Source: Octopus sinensis | Taxonomy: Eukaryota | Direction of reading: 5' to 3' | Length of the DNA: 64,000 nucleotides | Assembly: GCF_006345805.1 (NCBI RefSeq) | Contig: NC_043004.1 | Span: 15,438,001 to 15,502,000, forward strand | Shown: positions 26,251 through 38,586 of the stretch, in pieces | Numbering within the stretch: the first letter of the stretch is position 1 | Layout of the letters: each line of letters starts with the position of its first letter | Translations under genes and position numbers: made by a program | The notes under the pieces: generated by a model | Seen by the model: only the letters and a program-made list of their open reading frames with translations | Database searches by the model: none | Told to the model about the DNA's origin: nothing

Positions 26251-27965
26251 TAGACCGGGAGCCCGTCCTGATTTGGTTAGGCTTGAAGCTCCAAAATACT
26301 GGCAAGGCACAATATGTATACAAATGACCCTAATACTATGAAACGTAGTATGCTTAGGTATGGATTAATTAATTATGAGACAACCCACTTGCGTAAATAA
26401 CTAATGTAGTTAGACTTTAAGCTCCAGTAATGAAGCACATTGAATATTACTCCTTAGACACAAGTGATACTTAAATGAAAAATTAAGAAGAAAATCGGGT
26501 ATGGAAAACAAATTAAGAAGTTTTAATAAGGCACTAATTAGGAATTAATTAGACTTTCTACTCCAACGTCAATTTTTTCGCAGAATTGTTAACTAAACCC
26601 AACTGAATCTATTCATGTCACTTAAGAACAATTTTAGGTATGGATTTATAATTTAAGAAGCATTTTCTACTAATCACTATACACTAATTAAGAAGAGATA
26701 TACAGAAACACTGTTTTCAAGCTACGTGACGAATGCAACATACAAATGTATTTTAGACCCAGTTAACATGAAAGAAGAAATTAAGAAACATCCCAGGCAT
26801 TGGAGGACAATAAGAAAGCTTTTAATTAGATCGTTAATTAGGTCTTAATTAGTATTTCTGCTCCGGTGTAAATTTCTTCTCATAAATATTTGGCTCGTCA
26901 AACTGAATATAATAATATCATGTAAGAATCACCATAGGTATGGATTCCTAATTTAAGAAGCATTTTCACTAATTAACATATCCTCTTCATTGAATATGGC
27001 AAAATACCTTTAACTGAAAAAATTTTGATTTTCCATTGCATGGCATCGGAATCCTTCCTCTATTACTGATCTTGACCTCTGTCAACACATAATGCATGTT
27101 GCTTTCGTTCAATCAATTCTTTACTCATATTTATTCGCATTCAGATCATCAGAATAGGAACACGCCTGATATTCGTCTTCCGCTAGTCAACAAATCCAGT
27201 AAGGGGGCATCGAAAATAAATTATCTACGGGGGACCATTCCTCACCTGGGGATCCTGGTCAACCTTCATATTCCCCCGACCTTGTCACCTCTAAAACTGA
27301 TCCCCACGTAATTCCACCTGATTCAGCATTGAATATTGGCGGGTCCCAGTCAGGAAACTGCGGATGTACCCTAAGCCAGTCTGCCTACCGTTGTAAATGA
27401 TCGCTCATCCACAGCAGAAAGTCTAAAGAGAACGCTGAAAGTGGACTGCTACTTCCGCTCTCAGAGCACAAATGGCGATCCATCCAAAACGCCGCATCAA
27501 AACGCTCAAGTAAAAATGATTCGGTACATCCATTTATTACATCATCATCCAAAAGCTACCAGAAACATCTTCTAATTTGCACGGATATCACAGTGGTTGT
27601 TATAAAGATTTCACAACAATCACAGATAATTTTCAGCCTCTAGAAACGGCTCCTAGTCCATTACGAAGAAAACGCAAAATAGCAACAGTGGTGCCCACTT
27701 CTTCCGCCGGCATTTACTCTCAGGTTTGCGTATTCTGCGATTTCAAGCGCGAGTCAAACGGCAGGAGTGGAGAAGAGAGTCTGACTACTTGTCAAACTTT
27801 TAATGCACAAGAGTCAAGTAAATGAGCAGCCACGTCAATAGCAGCAGAAAACAATGATGACACTGTGCTCCGAAAAATCGCTGGAATAGATATGATCGCT
27901 AAAGAAGTAAAGTACCATCAAAGCTGTAAGAATATTTTCTCCAAGCGCGCGCGAAATACACATAC
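26251..27965 (+). mobile_element. Probable Academ-like DNA transposon 5' fragment
   Basis: Begins TAGACC where a SINE-I fragment is interrupted. Subterminal TAGGTATGGATT repeats at about 26355, 26636 and 26936. Decayed ORF GYHSGCYKDFT...CVFCDFKR...ESLTTCQT...DMIAKEVKYHQSC resembles, from memory, the N-terminal region of Academ-type proteins. Confidence 0.45.
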
Positions 27966-28198
27966 CTGAATGTACGTTATTTGGTGAAAAAAAAAACGCC
28001 ACACATAATTTTACTCCAAAGAAGTTTCCAAATAATTCTCAGTTCACCGTTATGCCATAATTGGCAATTTTTCTTTTTGTTCTTTTTTTCTATTCACGAA
28101 GCCAAAGCTTGCGTCTTCCTTCTGTAAGCTCCAGAACAACTGGTGTTGCATTCTGGGTAAGCAAGCTATTTACCACACACCTACTCCAGCGCCTATAT

Positions 28199-28265
<67 letters not shown>

Positions 28266-28538
28266 TTAATAAGGGTGAGAGAATTAGATACTAATTTAAT
28301 AGTATATCTATTCAACACCAAGTGGCCTAGTGCTCCGAGAAACCTGGATTATTATAATATTTTATAATATATTACAATATTTTTACAAAATAAATATAAG
28401 AGAGTGGTCACTATATGGCTCACTCTAGCACCAGTTAATCCAAAAGGTTTCAACCACAAAAATACATGTTTCCATGAAAGTCAGTACGATTGTTAGCTCA
28501 CACGACAGGGCAAATAAAAAATAACAAAATACAGATTA

Positions 28539-28620
28539 TTTTGGGACAATTGTTTCGCTATTAATGAATTAAATGTAATTTTACTTACAAAGAAATCCAC
28601 TTGTAGCTCGTCAGCCAAAA
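28539..28620 (-). ncRNA. Type-I hammerhead ribozyme, intact core
   Basis: Reverse complement of 29270-29351 with one loop substitution. Confidence 0.85.
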
Positions 28621-29269
28621 CTATCTGGATGAAATCCACTCAATCACACGCCAGATTTTACCATAACGATAAATACGCGTGTGGTTCAATTGATTACATC
28701 CGACGTTATAATTCAAATGCCCCAACTAACAGCGCGCCAAACTTTCACGGGAAACAAATACAGCATTTAGAAATAAATGCAGCATAATTATAATTGATTA
28801 ATAAGGGTGAGAGAATTAGATACTAATTTAATAGTATATCTATTCAACACCAAGTGGCCTAGTGCTCCGAGAAACCTGGATTATTATAATATTTTATAAT
28901 ATATTACAATATTTTTACAAAATAATATAAGAGAGTGGTCACTATATGGCTCACTCTCTTATATTTATTTTGTAAAAATATTGTAATATATTATAAAATA
29001 TTATAATAATCCAGGTTTCTCGGAGCACTAGGCCACTTGGTGTTGAATAGATATACTATTAAATTAGTATCTAATTCTCTCACCCTTATTAATTAATTAT
29101 AATTATGCTGCATTTATTTCTAAATGCTGTATTTGTTTTCCGTGAAAGTTTGGCGCGCTGTTAGTTGGGGCATTTGAATTATAACGTCGGATGTAATCAA
29201 TTGAACCACACGCGTATTTATCGTTATGGTAAAATCTGGCGTGTGATTGAGTGGATTTCATCCAGATAG

Positions 29270-29351
29270 TTTTGGCTGACGAGCTACAAGTGGATTTTTT
29301 TGTAAGTAAAATTACATTTAATTCATTAATAGCGAAACAATTGTCCCAAAA
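29270..29351 (+). ncRNA. Type-I hammerhead ribozyme, intact core, extended stem II
   Basis: TTTTGG-CTGACGA-GCTA-(43 nt)-TAGC-GAAAC-AATT-GTC^CCAAAA: 6-bp stem I, G-C closing pair of stem II, palindromic CAATTG stem III, GUC site with predicted cut after 29345. Confidence 0.88.
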
Positions 29352-30429
29352 TAATCTGTATTTTTGTTATTTTTTATTTGCCCTGTCCGTGTGAGCTAAC
29401 AATCGTACTGACTTTCATGGGAAACATGTATTTTTGTGGTTGAAACCTTTTGGATTAACTGGTGCTAGAGTGAGCCATATAGTGACCACTCTCTTATATT
29501 TATATTATTATTATCTATATATATATACATACATACATATGTCTATTCATCTCTCTATCTCTCTCTCTCTCTCTCTGTATATATATATATATATATATTA
29601 TTTTGTCTTGGGAGATTCATCACGCCAATATAGCTAATACGCTCACCGATTCAATTCCATTCATTTATAGAATATCCGATTTTTTTTTTGTCAAAGCTCT
29701 TTCGTAGATTTTTTTGCAAACCTCTCAGAGACTATCGACTGTGTCCGTTACAGAGAACGCATTTGTTTGTTTGAGTTTTTGTTGCATGTGTACATGTATG
29801 TGCCAGCGTGCGAGTGTGTATATATGTATGTACATAAATCAGGAGTCGTTATTTAGCACAAATTAATTACTGACGTTATATCTATTTGTTTCAGAGTACA
29901 TCGGCACTAGACCAAAATAGTTAGTATACTGGTTTTAAATATTGGCACAAAAGTCAGCGTTTTCGGGTGTTGGGATGAACCAATTACGGCGAACCAGGTG
30001 TCTAATTAGTACTTATGTTATAGACGACGAACTTATGTAAGGCAGTGCCGATATCAGCGGAATTTAATCTCAGAACGAAAAGACGGACGAAATGCCGCCA
30101 AGCATTTAGCCTGCCGCGAGGAAAGACTCAGTGAGTTCACCGCCTTAAAACCGTTTATACACTGGATTTTTGATGGCCGTTAACTATTTAGTAATGCAAC
30201 ATTGATCAAATTTACAACAGCATAATACTAAAATTTTGGCAGTCGCTCGAATGGGTAATTATAAACGACAGAATAAATAAAGAAGGTGAGAATAACAGGA
30301 AATGTATTAGTTACCCACAGCTTAATTAGTTGAAACGTGTAGCGCCCAGTCACAGGAAGGGAGGAAGTGATCTTCATATTTCTGACTTTCGTTCTTTTAT
30401 GGCGAACCTCTAGGTTATGGGGACATAAA

Positions 30430-30498
30430 CACACCTACAGCGGCTGTCAATCGATGGACGGGGAAAAACACCGATACACACTCACAAATACACCCCCC

Positions 30499-30549
<51 letters not shown>

Positions 30550-30712
30550 GACGGGCTTCTTTCAGTTTTCGTCTACCAAATCCACTCTCAAGGCTTTGGT
30601 GGGTCCGAGGCTATAGTTGTAGACACCTGCCCAAGGTGCTACGTAGTGAGACTGAACTCGGAACTATGTGGTTGCGAAGCAAGCTTCTTTCCACACAGTC
30701 ACTCCTGCGCCT
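30430..30712 (-). mobile_element. CORE-type SINE (family II), partial
   Basis: Minus strand AGGCGCAGGAGTGACTGTGTGGAAAGAAGCTT...CTTGGGCAGGTGTC...GAAAGAAGCCCGTCGTATA. Confidence 0.85.
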
Positions 30713-32529
30713 ACAGCTGAATGCAGCCAAGTATAAGGTGGTGGACTGGCAGCAGATGTTAGCCAGAAAGTACTTTGCAGCAAAGGAGTCAAGAGTAACT
30801 CCGCAACATCTCTCGTTCACACCTTGAACAGCTTCAACTGATCTTCCGAGTCTGAAACGATTACAAGGAAAATTTACGTGGTGGGAACGTTGAAATAATC
30901 ATATGCTGTACGTCAGTCACGAATATACGAAGGAAATGAAAAGACGACTTTAAGCTAGTCAATGTGTAGTTCTCTGTAACTAAATATAATTTCCTCATAT
31001 ACGTCTAATAATATCCAGGGATATTCTACCTAAAAGCAAAACATTCCATTTCGAAATTTCTGTTACTGTACAACAATAAAATGATCATTTCTTTAACAGT
31101 TCTCTTGTTAGTGTCATCGTTCCTTATTATTAACGTTTCTCATTTTTCTTCTTGCTTTCCTGTCTTTCCAACTAAATACAACTGTCTACAACACAGTATA
31201 TATGTATATACGTAGAAATATTATATTGTTCGGCTTCTTTGCTTTTTTCATTTTTCTTTCTTTTTTCATATGGTTCAATTCACTGCAGAGGTTATAACAT
31301 TATATCACTTTACTGTAAAGCACAGAAAGCAAGAAATTATTCATAAAATGCATTACACTCAAATAATTAAAAAATAAAATTTCAGAAGTCTCTCTCTGTT
31401 TTGTATTTTTCTCTTCCTGGTGCCAAGTTTGGAACAATTGACATGATATTCTGCAGCTACCATAGTTACAATGATATGAATAATATTTAGAGAAAGCATA
31501 ATATGAATACTAAACAATGTTTGAAAATATTTTTTGAAAATAACTGAATATTCCTAGGAGATTATTGACTAATGTATTAGTAACGTATTACGTAAAAAAA
31601 TATACGCCTACATTGAAATAAACCTGTTTCTATAAATTGATGCAATTACAATGTATCTGGTGCACTACAGAATTTGGACAAACCTATTGTTAGACATATT
31701 TCTTTATATATTTTCTTTTGAGGCAGTGTAAAAAAATATTTGTAACATGTCAGGAAATGATAAATGTAGAGATTTAAGATCAATACTTTTTATAGAATAA
31801 TTTTACTGTGTAATATATTAGAAAAAGAAAATTGTTGCTCGTAATTTTTATTTATATTCATGTACCCATATCACTATATTCTACCGACAGCAAAGCTTGG
31901 TGTGTAGCACCGCTATGATTTATCCTAAAATTCAGTATGTTGATTTCTGTAAAAGAAGAGCATATTAGGAACAAAGAATCATATTGTTATGTATTGAATA
32001 CCAATTACTTAATTATACAACTGATGCATTTTTTTAAAGGAATATCACTAGCTCTATTTTCTTCCCCTTTAGACACGGAAAAGGAATTGTTTTCAAGTAT
32101 ACATTTCTCACAGATGATGTGTTTTTTTTCCCAGCGTTTCCAGAATATGCAATTTGTAAAATAATGATAAAGCTAATAAGCTAGCCGTATGACTAGACAT
32201 TAGAAACGTTATCTGCCTCAATATTACATATGAACAGCATTGCACAATACATGAATTATAAGACATGAGTTTTAAGTTTAGAAAATAAAAAAACAGTGTC
32301 GGTTAATCGAAAGAAACAGGCATAACTTTTAGATTCTTCAAAGGAGTAAATATATTTGGTGACAAATTTTCTCAAAATTGCATGATGCTTGAAACATAGT
32401 TTTATATCATACGGGCAAAACGCCCTCCGTCCAATGGACGGTACTGAGTTGTCAAACATTTCAACGGAATTTTCTTAAAACAACTTGTCCGACCTCCCAT
32501 AGGCCTCCCCTTTGAGAAACACTGATTTA

Positions 32530-32795
32530 ACCTAAATTTGAGACACCATGCATTTTTCTCGCGTACGCGTAGTGTCGATCGCAACAACTGATATACTTGC
32601 GCGTACAAATGCACGTTCCCACGGCTTTATCACCGCATTCTCTCCTGGAATCAATCGATATTTTGCAATTTTGCAGGACTTATACACGCCCTGATACCGT
32701 CGATATCTACACATCAAATTTGAGCGCATCGGATGGAGGATGCCCGAGATCCTAGAAGACAGACACAGACAGAACGGACTTTATATATCATATAT
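32530..32795 (+). mobile_element. Possible non-autonomous Helentron/HINE-like fragment
   Basis: Ends CATCAAATTTGAGCGCATCGG...GAGATCCTAG..ACAGACACAGACAGAACGGACTTTATATAT, similar to DINE-1/HINE-type ends; short. Confidence 0.35.
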
Positions 32796-34361
32796 TATTG
32801 TAACAATTTTAAACTTTTCGCTCTTATGCATAAAAAATAGCTACATCGTGACATAAATTCTGTTCATCGATGTGCTTCAATTTTTTAGATCATTAAGGTG
32901 ATTCCTCTGCATTTTGATCAACAAATTGAACGTTTCAGCTAAACAAGATGACGAACTACCATATCGTCATCCATTAACTCATACCAAATACCATCTTCAA
33001 GAAACTAAGGTGAAATATTTCCTTCAAAGATTTTTGCTTTTGCCTTATTCCACCAATCTTCTAGCGACTGCTAAAAGTAGTACTACGTCTACCACAATCC
33101 CCATTAGTTTCAATGTTAGCAATTACCTGAACCAAGATATCTACCAGCCAACGCCAATACCAGCACCGTTTGAGAGATGACTGTTGCTATCCTATTTACA
33201 CATTTCTACCACTACCAGTCCCAGGTATTGCAGAAACTTGACTGTTTACTTGTGGAGATAGGCATTAGGGCCTGGAATATATAACAGCTATTTAACTTCA
33301 CACATTTTCTAGTGAAAAATCTCCTTGTCTTCCTTATACGACGGTATTTCATTTCACAATTACGCACAAATACACACGTAGATGCGCGCATGCGTGCACG
33401 ACGCGCACACACATTCACACACATGTAGTAATAACAAGATATTTTAAGGGGAATATTAATGCATGTGTTTGTTTCTTCAGGCTAAACATTGCATTAGTGT
33501 TATGGTTGTATCGAATGCTTTTCTAAGGGATATTTACCAATTTACACCAATCAAACGGTTCTGTGGGGTTTTGAGGGTGATTTCTGTCATTACTTAGATT
33601 TATCATAAAGTTACACAAACTCACACATACACATTTAGCTACAACTTATAAGCCACATTTTTAATTTGTTATATATGTGTATGCGTACGGGCATATATAA
33701 CATATCTCAATATACTTTTCTTCTAGCAAATTGCATTAACACTGGCGAAACCAAAGCTGTAATAGAATGCACAACGCCATTGTGGAGCTGCAGTGTTCCA
33801 TCAAAACATGAACCACACGGTTTGGAAGCGTATTTCACAGCCATAGATTCATGGTTTTCATGAAATGTCTGCTGGGTCAAAGTCGACGTACGTCTCAACA
33901 TTGAGGAATATCTGACTTTTATTTCAGACATGTCGACATTTATTTGATTCTCTGCGTGAATTATGCATGTTCACAGTTATCTTAAAATTTTCTACGCCTT
34001 GAAGCCAATGATAAAGAAATGCATAAGTCGTCTTACGTCGAATTGTAATAGACAGAGGCTTGAATAAACAATTTCATTTTACGTTCACAAAAATTGCATT
34101 AAATACAAAACTCTTTGTGAAACGTATGATTACGAATATAGGTTCTTTAACCCCGAATTAATAATCTTTCTCCAAATTGTAATGATCGATCGATATTACT
34201 GACAATTAAATGTAGTCAGTTTCTTTCGGTTGTTTATTAGCATATGATGCTAATAAAATGATCCAAACTCGTGTGTGATGGAGGTTGGATCACTTTTGAG
34301 ATCTGGCATCTAATTGAAGCAAATTTACTGATTACTTCAGATTCTCTAACTTTACTTAAGT

Positions 34362-34650
34362 GAAGGCACGTGGCCTAGTGGTTAGAGCAGCGGACTCGCC
34401 GTGGAGGGATCGCGGGTTTGAATCTCAGACCGGGCTATATGTGTGTTTATGAGCGAAACATCTAAGTTCCACGCGGCTCCGACAGAAGGTAATGGCGAAC
34501 TTCTGCTGACTTTTTCGCCACAACTTTCTCTTACTCTTTCCTCCTGCATCTTGCAGCTCACCTGCGACGGACTAGCGTCCCGTCCAGGAGCGGAACCTAT
34601 ACGCCAAGGAAACCGGGAAACCGGCCCTTATGAGTCAGGAACAAACTAAC
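34362..34650 (+). mobile_element. tRNA-derived SINE (family III) with V-SINE-like domain
   Basis: Head GGCACGTGGCCTAGTGGTTAGAGCAGCGGACTCG; CCTGCGACGGACTAGCGTCCCGTCCAGG matches the V-domain motif. Confidence 0.8.
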
Positions 34651-34980
34651 CTTTTGTTTGTTTTTGTTAAACAATAATTATGTGTAAGCGAAGTGGATGG
34701 ATGTCTGTTTTTGTTCTTCGGTTGCACAATTAATACGTAGGGAGAAATAGTGCCTTCGTCTTTCAGTTTTGTGTCATTGCATGTATTTTTTATTGTTTTG
34801 CAAACATTCAAGCTACGTATACAAATATCCAATAACATTCAGATTCCCTTCCGTCAGTTATGAACTTCCTTGCAATGTGTATGAACGAGGCACTTTTTTT
34901 CTGATATGTGCTAATAAAACAAATACAGAGAAAGATGGGCAGCAAAATCTACAACGTGTACAGGATTTCACATATACTCT

Positions 34981-35192
34981 TCACTCTTTACTCTTTTACT
35001 TGTTTCAGTCATTTGACTGCGGCCATGCTGGAGCACCGCCTTTTAGTCGAGCAAATCGACCCCGGGACTTATTCTTTGTAAGCCGAGTACTTATTCTATC
35101 GGTCTCTTTTGCCGAACCGCTAAGTGACGGGGACGTAAACACACCAGCATCGGTTGTCAAGCAATGCTAGGGGGACAAACACAGACACACAA

Positions 35193-35247
<55 letters not shown>

Positions 35248-35413
35248 TACGACAGGCTTCTTTCAGTTTCCGTCTACCAAATCCACTCACAATGCATTGG
35301 TCGGCCCGGAGCTATAGCAGAAGACACTTGCCCAAGATGCCACGCAGTGGGACTGAACCCGCAACTATGTGGTTGGTTAGCAAGCTACTTACCACACAGC
35401 CACTCCTGCGCCT
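34981..35413 (-). mobile_element. CORE-type SINE (family II), full length
   Basis: Head, CORE-like segment, internal (TA)n(TG)n and tail all present. Confidence 0.9.
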
Positions 35414-36121
35414 ATCGTTCTGAATCGTTCTGAATATATTTGATTCTAGATTGACGGCAAAATGATTTTTAAATAACAAAATATTATGTTTGTGAATATT
35501 GTTTTGTCATTAGATCAAGCTCAGGAAACTAAGTTAAAAACCACATTATATATGTCATATTAAAATTTTGAGAAGTTCAATTCTTAATATTCTTCAGATG
35601 GTGTCGTGACACAAATGGTAGTGCATTGATCACTTATTACAAATTAGTTTCGTCACTTAATGTCTCCTGTTTATATTTCTCCACTGTAATGTTTTGTATA
35701 AAATTCTACAGGTAATATAAACAAAATCTGTACTCGATATTATTCAGTTGAAAATACATGAAGGCTACAAATTGTAGTCTTAGACCAACGTAAAGAAGTA
35801 TTTTATAAAATGTTTTTAAAGTAATTGATAAATGTTAGAAGAAATATTTCAAGTAACATTGAATGGGAAGTATGATTCAGAAGAATAAAAAAAAGGCACA
35901 CCATTAAAAGGAGTTAGAAATTTAGCATCTTTTAATTACATTGCAAAATGTTTACACACTGCTAAAATTATATATTGACATTTCTCAATTTGACTGTTAT
36001 TGGTAAGAGGAGGCATCGTAATAAGTTAAAACGATTTTTCCCAGTACCCATTTAATATATGCATATGCCTACCTACGTATATACATTCATACTCACACGC
36101 ACACACACACACACACACACG

Positions 36122-36170
<49 letters not shown>

Positions 36171-38468
36171 TCATCTATGCGCGTATATATATATATGCGT
36201 GTGTGTTTGTGTGTATATACATGAAAGCATGGTAAGGTAGAATATACTTTTTTATAAAATGAAATTACATAATGTGTATATTTATTTCATAATCAAATAA
36301 ATTTGTTATGAGGTAATCGTTACGTACACGATTACATAATAATACTGAAAAGGCAGATCTTCAGAGGAAAATAGCCATTAAATCTAATCTATTATTTACC
36401 AATATCATCTGCGTGATAGTACTTGCTGCGTCATTTACTATGAAGGCAAGAGTATCCTCATGCATAAACTTTAACTATTTCTTCTTACTTATTCACACTT
36501 CAAAGTGTGTAGAAATAGAAACCATTTTCCATCTTTTAAATGATGTACTTTGAAAAGCAAAAATATATCATGCCAGTTTTAAAAGCTACGGCATTGAACG
36601 ATATATAATTTAATATATTAGGAAAAGCAATTAATATTTCATATTATGCACTTAGAAAGTACAACTACTAATAATTATTTCAGTATATATTCCTAAGGTC
36701 TGCTTTGATGTGTAAGTGAATAAAAGTTTGTTATAAATGATACCATCGAAAACATTCCTAACTACATAATCTGAAATAAACTTGTAGAGAAGAGGCTGCT
36801 GGTGAATTTGAACATTCCACAACCGTTGCTCAAAATTCGAGGATACCTTCGTATAACATTTTAACCCTACGGATAGTTTCCGTTTTTTGTTTTGGCAAAA
36901 TTCTTCTGAAATACAATGTCGATACGCTTAGAGTTTGTTTTTCGCCGTACGAAAGATGTACTATATAAGGACTGGGGTTATTACCGCCAAAATTCATGAA
37001 AAGCTAAAGGCTATTGTGGTACATATTATGTGCAGAACGTCCTACATTTCCATTTCTTTGATTAACCAATATGCGCACAAAATGACACCTTTACATGCGA
37101 TCATTAAAGCAAAGTCACAGACACACACCCGTATCTACATTTTAGATCTTGCCACTGATACTATATTTAAAGGAATATCCATTTAATACGGCAAGAAAGA
37201 ATATTCTCAATAGGCAGACGCACAAATAAATGGATGCGAGAAATGACAAGTAGAATGGAAAAATATTTCTTTAGAAACAAATCTAATACAAAACAGTAAA
37301 TCGAGCCATGACCAAACTAAAGAAGATCCCAACCCATGTCTAATAGAGAAACACTCACACTGAGAGCGAAGTTGTGAGAAATGAATGAATATCTCATTTA
37401 TAGTCACCCTAGAAATCATAACATCTTACATTCAGTTAAAAGATGACTTCCAATCCTCCATCAATCCTGAAAAACTCAGCAAACTGATTAAAGAATATTT
37501 AAAGAATAATTAAAAATTCTCAGCTGCTAAAAATAAACAAAAGACGTGAAATCCACAACAGAAGAAGACGTGATACAGGCAACAGAATATGGAGACCTTT
37601 ATTGCGTGACGTGTGAATTAATTAAATGGAGTAAAACAAAAGCATTCCAGAGAGGGAAGAATTTCAAGATTAATGGAAATAATAATTCCAAAATAAAAAT
37701 TATTCTTGACTGCATCACATGTCCATAATGCAATGAGAATCACGTTGGCTATACGGGATCATAATTATTATATCGAGTTAGGGGGCATTAAAAAATATAT
37801 ATATCAAAGATCCATCTTTTAGAGAAGGTGCATGTAGTAAACAACTAACACATCTGTGCAAATAGAAAATTCAAAAATATTTCTCCCCCACTCTCAGTAT
37901 CTTTCAAGTAAGTTTTCAACAACGAAAGGCTGAAGTATATTTTTACAGATATCTTATTCAAATTTAACGAAAATAATCAAAACCGTTACAAATATCTGCT
38001 CCCTCTTTACTTCTTACTACATAACATGGGTGTTTTAAAAAGTTGTAATCTACGAAAGCGCTAACATACTACGGAGACATCCAAAATGGTTTTGTCATAC
38101 CGTTCTTTTTAATGTTTTAGTCATTTTTAATATAATTAATAATTTTCAAAATTATTTTTTCTTAAAAGACCGTAAAGCACGGGTACACTCGCACAAGCAC
38201 ACACGCACACATGCACACACACACACAAACACGTGTGTGTATACGTGTGTGTGTGCGTTTTCATACCAAATTAAACATTATGAATTAAGTATGCGTTACA
38301 TTTTCAAATGTTTTCTGTAAAACTATCGGAGAATTTAGTATGACACTTTGCTTGTTGCAGATTCAGTCCCACGGCGTGGTAAAATGGGGAAGCGTCTTCA
38401 ACTATAGCCACGGACAAACATTTCCATGAGTATTAATTCGGTTAACAGAAATTTAAATGATACCCATT

Positions 38469-38586
<118 letters not shown>

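Larger units (their letters stand above)
28261..29501. repeat. 532-bp unit, 1.3 tandem copies then inverted; ~546-bp near-perfect palindrome arms
   Basis: AAGGGTGAGAG at 28271 and 28803. Arms 28392-28937 and 28952-29501 are reverse complements around a 14-nt centre. Confidence 0.95.

Noticed and set aside
30824-30852. Possible minus-strand 29-nt micro-exon (SEDQLKLFK)
   Set aside because: Too short to distinguish from chance AG/GT pairing.
32511-32524. TTTGAGAAACACTG, a hAT-like terminal repeat
   Set aside because: No matching opposite end found.
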